This document shows, in pieces, positions 26,976 through 39,717 of a stretch of 64,000 nt of DNA; position 1 is the stretch's first letter; the number at the start of each line of letters is the position of its first letter. The translations under genes were made by a program, and so were the position numbers. Below the pieces are notes generated by a model that worked only from the letters and a program-made list of their open reading frames with translations, did not search any database and had not been told where the DNA came from. The stretch is from Octopus bimaculoides (taxonomy: Eukaryota), in the NCBI RefSeq assembly GCF_001194135.2, contig NC_068983.1, positions 159,505,666 to 159,569,665 on the forward strand, written 5' to 3'.

Positions 26976-27143
26976 NNNNNNNNNNNNNNNNNNNNNNNNN
27001 NNNNNNNNNNNNNNNNNNNNNNNNNNNNNNNNNNNNNNNNNNNNNNNNNNNNNNNNNNNNNNNNNNNNNNNNNNNNNNNNNNNNNNNNNNNNNNNNNNNN
27101 NNNNNNNNNNNNNNNNNNNNNNNNNNNNNNNNNNNNNNNNNNN

Positions 27144-27189
<46 letters not shown>

Positions 27190-29033
27190 GTATGTGTGTG
27201 TGTAATATATGAATGTGTGTATGTGTGTGGTTATGCATATTAAGTAGGATATAATACTGTTGCTAGATAATTCGCAGTGTGTTGTATGTGAGTGTTACGT
27301 TATCTGTCAGAATTTGTATGAGTGGGGAGAGGTGAGCTTCGTTTTCGTAGGAATGGCTACGAAAAAGGATGCAATTAGCGAAAATGCTGATAATCCCCAA
27401 CCAAAAGAAAATGATAGGTAACATAAAAATACAAGAGAAGCCAATGAAAGAATTTTCAATTTATATGTTCATATATGTGTACGTGTGTATTAGAGAGCAA
27501 GAGAGATGGAGAAAGTAAGAGAGGGGAAGGGGAAGAGAAGAATAGATATTAAGATGAGGGAAGATGAACGAAGGAAATAAAATGCAACACGGTTTAGTCA
27601 AAATAACTACTAATTTCTTATTAAAGAGAGCCAGCTAGAAAGAGGACAGCTTGATCAGAGAACAGCAATAGACAATAAAGAACATAAATTTGTGTGATAA
27701 GCATCCAATTATGAATTGAATAGTGACTACCAATCAACTCATGATTGCCCCATTAGAAAGAAGAAGGAAATACTTCACTGGGAAGAATGTAAAGATGAGT
27801 GTTTATGCAAATTGGTTCTGTTCCAAATAAAAAAAAAATTATAATCTATAGAGTTGGTAACCCTATTCTCAACATTATTGTAAATCAGACAGTAATTTCT
27901 TTCCACCCTGTATAGACTACTAACAATTGGAGTACTTATACAGCTCTTAGCTAGTCAAATAAGCATTTTTTTCTTTTTCTATATCATATTTGCATTATGT
28001 TCAATACATCTCATGCATAAAAGGAGAACGATGTTAAAGAAGCCAATTTCACACACACAAACGCGCACACTTGCACATACACACGCGCTCACACGTATAA
28101 TATATATTTTATGTACAACAAAAGCTTTCAACGAATGTATGTACATTCTTACTTTTAACAAACACAAGATTCCCAAAACTTCATAGGAAACTCCGTAGTA
28201 ATTATAATGTTACTTAACGACTTTGAATTCGATATTTTGTATGAAATTTTTCGTTACACGGAGGGGATAGCAAAATGAAGAATGAAAATAGCTTGAGAAA
28301 GCGCTAGTGTAGATTAAAAACATAGCTTTAAGCTGCCGTACGAGAATATGAAGAGGAAATGTCGCAATGTGCAACGAAACGTTTACCCCTATGAGCGAGC
28401 AAAGAAGAGCAGAGTAATCCTAGAACATTTTCTAAAGAACTTACAAAGGGTTACAAAGTAACTTCTCATTGAAGTGATGACTAGTATTTTAAGAGTGCAT
28501 ATAAAGAACTTGGTTCTCACACCCAATACACCTACTGGGATTCAAAATTGGGGCCATATATTTCAATCTATAAAATGCCCTACAAAAATACGGTGTCAAA
28601 TTCCAGCTGGAATATATATATGTGTATATGTGTGTGTGTATGTGTGAATGTGCTTACACACACACTCATACGCATATTTTTATACGTATATNNNNNNNNN
28701 NNNNNNNNNNNNNNNNNNNNNNNNNNNNNNNNNNNNNNNNNNNNNNNNNNNNNNNNNNNNNNNNNNNNNNNNNNNNNNNNNNNNNNNNNNNNNNNNNNNN
28801 NNNNNNNNNNNNNNNNNNNNNNNNNNNNNNNNNNNNNNNNNNNNNNNNNNNNNNNNNNNNNNNNNNNNNNNNNNNNNNNNNNNNNNNNNNNNNNNNNNNN
28901 NNNNNNNNNNNNNNNNNNNNNNNNNNNNNNNNNNNNNNNNNNNNNNNNNNNNNNNNNNNNNNNNNNNNNNNNNNNNNNNNNNNNNNNNNNNNNNNNNNNN
29001 NNNNNNNNNNNNNNNNNNNNNNNNNNNNNNNNN

Positions 29034-29073
<40 letters not shown>

Positions 29074-29236
29074 CACATACGCATACGTAAGTGGGTGAGT
29101 TTATGAGAGAAGAAAGGAAAAACAGAAAAAAGAATGCCACAAGAGTTGATGGTATCTCATAAAAATAAATAAGTATTGTGATAATCAGCGAAAGAAACCC
29201 TGATGTTAAGAACCTCTAGTGGATGATTAGTATATA

Positions 29237-29550
29237 GGCGTATGGCTCAGTGGTTAGAGCGTCGGGCTCACAATCATGAGGCAATGAGTTCGATCCCTGG
29301 ACCGCGCTATGTTATGTTCTTGAGCAAGTCTCATTATTTCCTGTTGCTTCAGTTCACTCAGTTGTAGAAATGTGTTGCGACGTCACTGGTGCCAAACTGG
29401 TGCCTTTACTTTTCCCTTGGATAACATCGGTGACGTGGAGAGGGAAGGCCGGTATCCATGGGCGACTGCTGGTCTTCCATAAACAACCTTACCGGGGGTA
29501 AATTTCTAGGTGTAAATTTCTAGGTGCAAACCCATGATCATTCATGGCCT
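29237..29550 (+). mobile_element. tRNA-headed CORE-like SINE
   Basis: A-box TGGCTCAGTGG, B-box GAGTTCGATCCC and CORE-like GTTCTTGAGCAAG..TTGCTTCAGTTCACTCAGTTGTAGAAATG. Same family as the copy at 51998. Confidence 0.8.
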
Positions 29551-29638
29551 AAGGGGCTCCTATATCTATCTATCTATCTATCTATCTCTCTATCTACACA
29601 CACACACACACACACGCACACACATATATATATATACA

Positions 29639-29821
29639 TACATGGATTGGACGAAATAATGGAAACACCTTAAACAATCAAACGAATTAATTTCAATATG
29701 GGGTTGGACCGCCTTTGGCAGTAATTGCAGCTTGAATTCTATGAGGTATGGACTCGTACAAAGTTTGAGTTGTTTCCAAAGGAATTTTTGTCCATTCTTC
29801 AGCTAAAACAGTCTCCAGTTC
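29639..29821 (-). mobile_element. Tc1 transposon 3' end (transposase C-terminus plus TIR)
   Basis: The minus strand encodes ELETVLAEEWTKIPLETTQTLYESIPHRIQAAITAKGGPTPY*, the Tc1 C-terminus, and ends in a TA-flanked TIR. Confidence 0.85.
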
Positions 29822-29827
29822 TTGTAG

Positions 29828-30378
29828 TGCTGTACATCGGGTATTTCGGAAACACCTTCAAGCAGTACCTCTCCAACCACAGATCTTCGTTCAGGATCCT
29901 GGAAAGACGATACGTCACTTTGTTGGCCAGTCATGTGTCATTCCTGAAGATCGAAGAGACTGACACGTAATCTCATGGAAAATCCTAGAAGAATCGGGTC
30001 CTCACATCAACGGTAGCATGCGTTGCAAGCTGGGCATAAATGAACAAGCGAGAGTATTAAAGGACTCCCTCAACCCGGGGAGCATCTTAAATTCCAGGAG
30101 AGAGTGCCTTTGGACCATGCTTACACTTCAAGAGATACCTTCTTAAGTCCTGGAACCCACACGCCGACCACGACGATTACGGATGGCGGTCTAAGGAAGA
30201 AATTCCTTTGCGCTTAAGCCTTCTTTGTCCGTACAATTAGCTACGAGGTCTTTTATCCCTTCACATTGAAGAAATGTTACTGGCCATCAGCCACTAGGGT
30301 CTGAAGAAACGTCATATAACTAAGCACTTTATGGACGTGAAACTCGGTAATCCCATTGACTGGCCTCAACTGTCGTTA

Positions 30379-30380
<2 letters not shown>
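29828..30380 (+). mobile_element. Penelope-like GIY-YIG endonuclease C-terminus and 3' region
   Basis: YIGYFGNTFKQYLSNHRSSFR..TLLASHV..LK, then SWKILEESGPHINGSMRCKLGINEQARVL..ILNSRRE. Parallels the copy at 39120. Confidence 0.75.
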
Positions 30381-30416
<36 letters not shown>

Positions 30417-30464
30417 TAGATAATATATATATGAAAATGTATGTATGTGATTTATTATATTCAA

Positions 30465-30594
30465 GCTATTATTGTTAGCTACATGGTGTGAAAAGGCACT
30501 GGTCCGACAAGTTTGTATAGCGTGTCGTGAGTTGTACAACCTTGTACGACCAATGTGTTTTCACAGCATGTTTTTACACCATGTAACTAATAGC
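30465..30594. mobile_element. Short imperfect palindrome, MITE-like
   Basis: GTTAGCTACATGGTGTGAAAA..TGGTCCGACAAGTTTGTA versus TACAACCTTGTACGACCA..TTTTTACACCATGTAACTAA. Confidence 0.55.
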
Positions 30595-30718
30595 AGCTCG
30601 AATTTAAATTCTGTATAACGTTATGATTTTTATCTCTCACGGGATGGAGTATATAATGTATATATATATATATACAATAGTACATTATATATAAGCATTA
30701 ACATACACACATACATAT

Positions 30719-30813
<95 letters not shown>

Positions 30814-30910
30814 GTGTGTGTGTGTATATCTATATATCTATGTACATGTATATATTCATATGCGCATACGCACACACACATATATATATATATACATATA
30901 CATACATTTG

Positions 30911-31231
30911 ACATATGGTATAATTATAAGCAGGGCAAATCTTAGCCATTTCTCCGCAGACTGGAAAAGAACGATGAAAAACCTTAATGGATTTTCGAAC
31001 CTTACTGGGTTCTCATCAGAGGCATCTACATTGACAATCTCCAGAGAAACAAGTAGCCAAACTATTTATATACTCAACAAATGCAGCTGTTACTCTATGA
31101 AGGAGTCCGTAATTTGCATACCGAAAGCGTTTAACACTATAAATACCAGCGGCCTGTCAACAGGGATCTTAGTCTACACAGTATCAAGGCATGATATAAT
31201 ATATACGTAACATATGGTATAATTATAAGCA
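30911..31231 (-). mobile_element. 277-nt PLE-RT-like insert between perfect 22-bp direct repeats
   Basis: ACATATGGTATAATTATAAGCA at 30911-30932 and 31210-31231. The insert's minus frames [17 protein letters not shown] and FEN..EKWLRF resemble the PLE motifs S.DV.SL+T.IPV and W.RYVDD. Confidence 0.55.
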
Positions 31232-31255
31232 TATATATATATATATATATATATG

Positions 31256-32156
31256 TACGTGATCTGATCAATAAGTATCCGGACCGTTGCTATAGTAACG
31301 AAGCTAAAGCACGTACAGTAAAGCTGCATGGCACAGGTTGACTTTCAACTCTGCTGTGCATGTACACTAATTTTTAACGTTCTAGCTCACTTTCCCCGTA
31401 TACAGCTGTGCTTGGAAAAGAAGGTGTGTAGCGTGTGATCGTCGCATTGACCATAGCAGAAAGCTGCGCAGAGAATCTGCATCATATTTTGTCAAAAGCT
31501 TAACGATATCTACTCAGAGGCCTACGCGAATATTTCAAAAAGTTTTCATTGTTCTTGACACCATCAAGGAGATTTTGCACGACTGAAACCCTGGTGTCTT
31601 TTTTGTTAGCTGAAAGCAGTTTTGGCTCAAACTTCGCAGACACGCGCCTCGTACCCAAATCTTCAGTGATAATGGACTGAACTGAACCGTAACTAATCTG
31701 CACATACTCTGATAACTCACGGATGGTGATTTGACAATTTCCCGTCACAGATGCACGCACCTGAGCGATGTTTTTCTTAGTTCTGCTGGCTCCGTGTCTC
31801 CCAGAACGTTCGTCAATATCGACATTTTTTCGGCCATCTTGGAACGTCTGATACACTCGTACACTTATATGTGGCTCATACACTCTTCTCCATACACTTT
31901 CTGCAATTTTGCGTAGGCCTCTGAGCAGGTATCGCTATAACAACTTTCTCTGTCGTGGTCAATGCGACAATCACACACTACACACCTTCCTTCTAAGCAC
32001 TGCTCTATACAGCAGAAGTGAGCTACAACGTTAAATCTTAGTGCGCATGCAGAGCAGTGTTTAAGGTCAACCTGTGTCGAGTAGCTTTACTCTGCATGCT
32101 TTAGCTTCGTTATTATAGCAGCAGTCCTGATACTTATTGATCAAACCTCCTACGTA
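31256..32156. mobile_element. Mariner derivative made of two inverted 5' ends
   Basis: Both ends carry the same TIR (TGATCAATAAGTATC.GGAC). The left arm 31256-31530 (+) and right arm 32156-31531 (-) both contain the 5' UTR and ORF start. The right arm encodes the HTH region ERSGR..ITIRELSE..ISYGSVQSII..LG.RRVSAKF.PKLL. Confidence 0.85.
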
Positions 32157-32172
32157 TGTGTATGTGCATGTT

Positions 32173-32258
<86 letters not shown>

Positions 32259-32784
32259 TTCATGCATAGTCACCAGCGCATAGAATCAATGAATTATATT
32301 CTTTATTTCTGTCACACACGAACAATCTCAGTAACTTCGATATAACTTGAAGTTGTTTTCATAATCAATCAAATGTTTATATTGAAGTGTTTCTCATGAC
32401 AAGTTTTTAAAAATTAATTTCTGCTTTTGTTTCTTTTAGAATTACAGAAATTTGAGATGTGTTTATGAAGAAAGTAAATATATAATTATTATCTTAGGTA
32501 TATCATTTTATTACAAACATTCAAATTCATATCGTTACATGATATTTTCTTTCAACAAAGTAAATGAAATTCGTTTGCATTAACAATTAATATAGATTTA
32601 CCTATAAAATAGAAAAAAATATTCTCACACTACATTTTTTTTTTGTATTATTGTTTCAGCTAGAATCTTTTGGTTTGCGTTACATAGCCTGATGCGTTTG
32701 TAGAGTTCTCTCCTGATGTAGTTTTGCAAGCTAATTCTAAAAGAAAAATTACATGCATGTTTTAAAGAAGTTGATAGAGTATAA

Positions 32785-33390
32785 GTTAGAAAAAGTTAAC
32801 AATCGAAAGTTTCGATAATTTTAGCCAATCAGAGTTCCCCATTATCGGCATGCCGCCTTGGCAATGAGCTGCCATTCCACCATTTAAAAAACATAGATGC
32901 GGCGGGCGGGACATACCTTGGGTAGATACATCGAATACGCCCCCACTTTTTTTTTTTCAAACTTTCTTCGGTTTCCTCTGTTATTGACAATGTAGATTTC
33001 AACTTAGACTTCCAAATAGCTATTCAAAATTTCCATTTCCACCCGAAATTTTTGTTTTGAAATGTTTTTGAATATATATATTCTTTTTTTTTTTTTTTGA
33101 TGTTCAAAAATAAGATTAGGACTAAACGCTAGGCTTAAACATAATCCTACCCACTAACCGTAATATCAAACCTGTAATCCTTCTGCTTTTCCAATATTTT
33201 CCTCCATTTTACATGCCGGAAAAGCCATATGGTTTGTAGGAGATTTTGTCGTTACTTCTGGTATATAGAGCAACCAAATTGAAGGCCTTACTTTTATAGA
33301 AAAATATAGAAATTGCAATTTTCATTCTTTGTATAAGATCTTCTGATTGGCTAAAATTAGGAAATATTTGGATCGTTAAATGTCCATAAC
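32785..33390. mobile_element. Non-autonomous element with about 48-bp imperfect TIRs
   Basis: Left GTTAG..TTAACAATCGAAAGTTTCGATAATTTTAGCCAATCAGA; the reverse complement of the right end is GTTATG..TTAACGATCCAAATATTTCCTAATTTTAGCCAATCAGA. Confidence 0.7.
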
Positions 33391-35352
33391 ATTTTTATTA
33401 TTAATTTCTCTAACAAATGAATGTGGTTTTCGTACTAAGAATGCAAAAACGGGTAGATTTTCCAAAAATCTCGGACTTTGTGATGTAACCAGAAAAGATC
33501 CTTCAGTCATTATTACTTTATGACAATTAATTCCATGCCTCTTTAACTGTACAAACTACAGTATCCTTATATAGACAAGGAGAAATAAATATTCATAGCA
33601 GTCTTGAAGCCGTCATGTGAATCATATTACCATATTTGTTAATAAGAATTGGGGAAAATATCTAGAAAGATGAACTTCTCATGTTAATATGAACAGAATA
33701 ATGTTGACACTCATCTACTGTTTCTGAGCATGCATAAATAATTTGATTTCTAAAAAAAAAAAAAAATCTATTTGTCTATGCCAACAGTTATACATTTCTG
33801 TACTTCGCAAATCGATTATTTCCACTTACTGCGAGGTAACAATAATATGTACGCAGTTGTCTCCCTTATTAGGGAATTGAAAATTAATGGGTGAGTTGTC
33901 GATTAATATTCATTGCATATTTTATCCTAGTTTAGCGTTTGATTATCTTTTAAATGAGTCATACATTAATTACGTTGATAACCACGTTCTTACCTAAATA
34001 AAGGTAGTATTTACGGAAATTAAAATGACATTGAAACTTCTTTACTTGAAACATTTCGACATTCAATTTATTTCTCAGAGGAAAACTGTTACGAAATGCC
34101 TTACAAGTATAAGTTGATTCATTCACATTGAAGCAGTGATATTAATATTCCTAATGTATTTTCTATACCTTCAAAGTAGCTCAGTGTTTAAATTCAATAG
34201 TGTAGAAAAATTCTGTTTTGTATCTCTAAAATAGCAGTTAAAATTTCCTTCAGAGATTCTTCCATAACAATCTTTGGTTAATATTCTTGACAGTCATTTC
34301 CAACTTGAAACATATTTTTCTTTATACATACATACATACGTATANNNNNNNNNNNNNNNNNNNNNNNNNNNNNNNNNNNNNNNNNNNNNNNNNNNNNNNN
34401 NNNNNNNNNNNNNNNNNNNNNNNNNNNNNNNNNNNNNNNNNNNNNNNNNNNNNNNNNNNNNNNNNNNNNNNNNNNNNNNNNNNNNNNNNNNNNNNNNNNN
34501 NNNNNNNNNNNNNNNNNNNNNNNNNNNNNNNNNNNNNNNNNNNNNNNNNNNNNNNNNNNNNNNNNNNNNNNNNNNNNNNNNNNNNNNNNNNNNNNNNNNN
34601 NNNNNNNNNNNNNNNNNNNNNNNNNNNNNNNNNNNNNNNNNNNNNNNNNNNNNNNNNNNNNNNNNNNNNNNNNNNNNNNNNNNNNNNNNNNNNNNNNNNN
34701 NNNNNNNNNNNNNNNNNNNNNNNNNNNNNNNNNNNNNNNNNNNNNNNNNNNNNNNNNNNNNNNNNNNNNNNNNNNNNNNNNNNNNNNNNNNNNNNNNNNN
34801 NNNNNNNNNNNNNNNNNNNNNNNNNNNNNNNNNNNNNNNNNNNNNNNNNNNNNNNNNNNNNNNNNNNNNNNNNNNNNNNNNNNNNNNNNNNNNNNNNNNN
34901 NNNNNNNNNNNNNNNNNNNNNNNNNNNNNNNNNNNNNNNNNNNNNNNNNNNNNNNNNNNNNNNNNNNNNNNNNNNNNNNNNNNNNNNNNNNNNNNNNNNN
35001 NNNNNNNNNNNNNNNNNNNNNNNNNNNNNNNNNNNNNNNNNNNNNNNNNNNNNNNNNNNNNNNNNNNNNNNNNNNNNNNNNNNNNNNNNNNNNNNNNNNN
35101 NNNNNNNNNNNNNNNNNNNNNNNNNNNNNNNNNNNNNNNNNNNNNNNNNNNNNNNNNNNNNNNNNNNNNNNNNNNNNNNNNNNNNNNNNNNNNNNNNNNN
35201 NNNNNNNNNNNNNNNNNNGCATGTAATACAATTTTTCTGAATTTTCAGATTTATTTATATGCTAGGCCACTGGTTTTAAGTTGATGTTAATTAAATTAAT
35301 ATTCAATTTATCACCCTCAGTATGTAAATATATATATATATATATATATATC

Positions 35353-35478
35353 ATTTAGAGAAAAGAACCAAAGTTCATGAACTCATCCATGAAAATACAC
35401 AGTCACATATAGAAAAATTTTATAAGTAAATACACTAAAAAGAACTGAGTTCATGAACTTTGGTTCTTTTCTCTAAAT
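35353..35478. mobile_element. 126-bp element with perfect 33-bp inverted repeats
   Basis: ATTTAGAGAAAAGAACCAAAGTTCATGAACTCA at 35353-35385 with its exact reverse complement at 35446-35478, in a (TA)n context. Confidence 0.8.
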
Positions 35479-38400
35479 TATATATTTATATATTACACAC
35501 AGGAGTAAGACCGAATCTGAGACAAACTGAAATAATAATTGAAATAGAATGCCCAGTAGAGATCTTACAGAAAATTTTCGCATCTCTTCAGTTTGGCTGC
35601 CAATTTTCGAAGATTCAAAGTTTATTGAAAATTCTAAAATTTGGTACATTAATGTAGGTTTCCAAGCTGAATCTTAGGCGATATTTCACTTTTTCCATAA
35701 AGTTTTATAAAAAACGTTATAGAGGTTTAAATTTTGATAACTTTCACCCAGTCAGGAAACAGGATTTGGAAGCTGTCATTTTGTGCGTGACGTGTTTTAA
35801 ATTGAAACTGTAAAGAAATCAACTTCTGCATTACGCAAGACATATAATCCCACATAAATTTTTATCTTTTGGCATTTTCAGAAAATTTTTGCGAATTTGT
35901 ATTCTACGCTCGGAAATTCATACGATTATGTAAAATCAAAATGCCGTCTTCCCTTCTTTTACGCAACAAGAACGACCCTAACGGCCCTCCCTGTTTGTAT
36001 TCGTTTGGTTTGGTTTGTTGTATGTCCTATTTTTGTTACAAACTTTGACCCTCCGCAAATCCCAAATTTTATTTTGGTTCGCGGGAGCAACTGCCTTCAA
36101 AGTCTTATCTTGTCTTTCATTGCTCGAAATAAGGAGTAGAATGATAGCCAACAACTGATGAAGGGTCGTTTTTTATCTTACATGTCTTGTTTTCCATTTT
36201 TCCTCCCGTTCTTTGCGTACCCAAATTTATTTTCGTATTTCATGTTGTTTATGTTTTGTGACGTCCTGTACCCATATATGCATACCTATATACATACATA
36301 TGTATGTATGTACATATGTGTGTGCATATATGCATATATATATATANNNNNNNNNNNNNNNNNNNNNNNNNNNNNNNNNNNNNNNNNNNNNNNNNNNNNN
36401 NNNNNNNNNNNNNNNNNNNNNNNNNNNNNNNNNNNNNNNNNNNNNNNNNNNNNNNNNNNNNNNNNNNNNACATACAAAAATGTATGCATAAATGTGTACA
36501 TGTGTGCGTGTGTACATATGTGCATTTGTGTGTATGCGTATGAGCGTGTGTCTGTTTCTATCTAGGTGTTCATGTTTATACTGATTAATAAACGGCGTTA
36601 TGTTACGTACCTTAGTGATTTAATAAATAAGGGCCGAAAAAATAAGTACTGAGCTTCATATAATCAACTAAATCATTGAAAGTAGTTCTCCAGCATGGAC
36701 GCAATCCAATGATTGAAACCAGTAAAAGAATAAAAGAAATAAGTCTGATTCAGTGTCTCTCTCACTGGACATTGTATGTACAGGTTCGAAAGAGGAAGCT
36801 GGTAAAATTAATTAAAAATAATCATAAACATTACCGACATTAATTGAAGCATTAAAGTTCACGGGAAAACAATACCTGTGTTTCCTCACATCACCGTATT
36901 TTAGGCCAAGCAATATGTTGTTACTATCTTATTTCAAATGGATTTTAATTTCTACTCAGCATTAATGATTATAGAAGTGAAGTAAACATTTTTTAGAAAA
37001 AGAGGATGATATCAATTAAATCTACAGAGAGTGACTGATCTTTGTAAATTTCCTCTTTGAAGTTAAATACTCCGAATAACGATGGTAAAATTGATTTTGT
37101 TGTTGCTTACAGGATTAAATATATAAATGGCTGAATAAAGCTTAAGTTCAAAGGAATTATACAAAATTCCATAGAAGTTATTTTTTACCGCATTCTACAG
37201 AATCATTAATTAGGTATGTCTGTATTTGGTTCTAGTCTTGAAAACCAGTTTGTCAATTTAAGTTATCACATAAAGATAAAAAAAAAATCAATAACAATAA
37301 CTGCAGCAGCAACAGCAACAACAAAAATTAACTTTGAAACAAAGCTGTTAACGAATAACTAATATTCAGATTAAAATTTATTTTGTTTGTTTTCAATGAA
37401 AACGGTGGACTTATTTCGTGTAAACGTACAACAAGAGAACCAATGGAAACACGTGAAATAGGTTAGTGCCATGAACTTAAATCAGTCAAGTAAGTGTTGA
37501 TGTACTGAAGGAGCTACATGAGATTATTCTTAACACTTTTACCGTGAAACGCAGATGCATCCATTCAGAATTTCACGACCTTCAATTAGGAAAAGGAATT
37601 TTACACACCAGACTGTCTTTTGTTGAAGAGTGTCATGTTTGAAACTATTTTCTGTTCAGATATGTCAAGTTATTGAGGCAACATATTTTGCAGAAAATAC
37701 CAATTCTATTTTTGGTAGATAATTAACACTATTACTAGAATAATCACGAAATTTAATTTCGCATTGAAATTTGTCTTATAGTGTGAGGTAACGAACAATT
37801 CTGAGGCTGCCGTTTGCCACTCTCGAACAACAGACAGATATTTTCAAGAAACCAAGAATTTCTCTCACAGAGAAGTGAATTTATTTTCCTGAGCTAAAAG
37901 GTTTAATTTTTGTTATCCCATGTAAATTCTCGAGATTTTCCGCACTTAATTTTTTTATTTATGTATTTGTTTATTCATCTGTTCACTCGTTCAAACAATA
38001 CGGACTCATTAATATGAGTATATCTCACTTCCGATAGGTATTTAAAATCCTCGTTACGATTTGTTAGACATTTAGAACAAAAAACAAACAAAACAAACAA
38101 ACACCCCCCCACACAAACAATCATATATATGTATACACCCCCACACACATAGCTACATACACTCACATATATATATGTATATGTATATGTGTGTATATAT
38201 GAATTTCCAGCCACTGGGGATTAGCATCACGCTTGAAACTAGGTGTACCAAGGAGTTTGAATCAACCTGTGTTGATTCACACACACACACACACATACAC
38301 ACACACATACACACATAATACACATAATACAAACCAGCATACACACATGTACGCACACACACATACACACTCATACACATAGATTTGCATACATATATAA

Positions 38401-39119
38401 TACGTACAAATAATACACGTGTGTGTATGTGTGTGTGCATATTTGTATGTATATATGAATCACAAAAACAGGCATTCGTATATCAAATAACAGATTGGGT
38501 GTATTATTAAAAATTTATTTAATATGATATCCGATTTCTGTTTTTAACAAATGGTTTCATATATAAGATGGAGAATGAAATCCAGCAATCAATGGACATG
38601 GTTGAATGGGAAAGTATAGCCTGGGATATTCATTAATGCAGGCTTGTAAACATCACAACCGGTTTACGCGTTTTAGTGGTCGTGTAAAACCCTAAACAAT
38701 ATTTATGTTCTAAGGAATACAGACCAATACGAAAGAAAGAACAAAGTTTGCTCATTGAGCCTATCGGAATTATGTTCCTTGAATTGGGCCATTTTAAGCT
38801 GCGGCATGGCATGCTGGGACTCAATCGGTAAAATGTCCACTGCAGATTTGTATGTTGATTCTAAGATACAGAGAACATAATGGTGCAGTTGAGGAGCAAT
38901 GAGGAGTAAGGAGTTAGGCGAGGAGAATGGGCAGGGGGTAGTGGAAATTTATTTTTAAATATGTGACCCCTTATAAGCATGCATTGATATAAGTTTGTAT
39001 GTATAAATGATGGGGTGGGGGAAAATTAACTCCTCAATCATGGTCAGGGAAGTGCCGATACCGAAAGAGCCAACACTTATTCTTATGGTGTACCCAACCA
39101 ATTGACTATTATATATTTG

Positions 39120-39680
39120 CGCTCATGAAGGCAAAGAGAAAAACTTCACTTTAAAAGTTCAGGTATGCCTCTGGGCAGTGGGAAGTCTTCAATATGATTC
39201 TTTTCTCTCCTATACAGCATCTCCTAGTGGTTTTAAGGTAAGGTCTGGCTTTATATCTTTTGGTGGGTGTTTTCTTTTCATGTAAGCATATATCTGGCCA
39301 AAGTTGTGACATTACGACTCTCCTGGATATCATAAGAGTTCTTGTGGTTGTTGAACGTGGGATTGAAGATGTCTTACGCCGCACTCATATATTTCCGTAC
39401 ATTTTTGCTAGGTGTTCAAATAAAATATTCTTCAAAGCATGTGTTTTACTGATGTTTCTAAACCTATGTTTCTGTTAAATATAATTGTGTACTGAATTAA
39501 GGAATATCCTACCAATACAAGTTTCAGTATTAAGGAAAAAAACTTTGTGTGTAAATCATATGACCTAACAGTGGCGTTTTCTATTGGCGAGATTAGAGCT
39601 AATCATATAACAAATTCTATTATTGAAGCCATTAGCAGCTAAGGCCTCGTTGTAGGACGGCGCTGTGTCATCGAAGATCT

Positions 39681-39681
<1 letters not shown>
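39120..39681 (-). mobile_element. Penelope-like element C-terminal (linker and GIY-YIG) fragment
   Basis: IFDDTAPSYNEALAANGFNNRICY; RFNNHKNSY..TTLARY; KARPY..RC.CIGEKRIIL..YLN..SEVFS. Carries an internal deletion. Confidence 0.8.

Positions 39682-39717
<36 letters not shown>

Noticed and set aside
29825-30380. DIRS tyrosine-recombinase fragment
   Set aside because: Translation fits the PLE GIY-YIG C-terminus much better (YIG..TFK..NHRSSF; WKIL; RC.L; LNSR.E).
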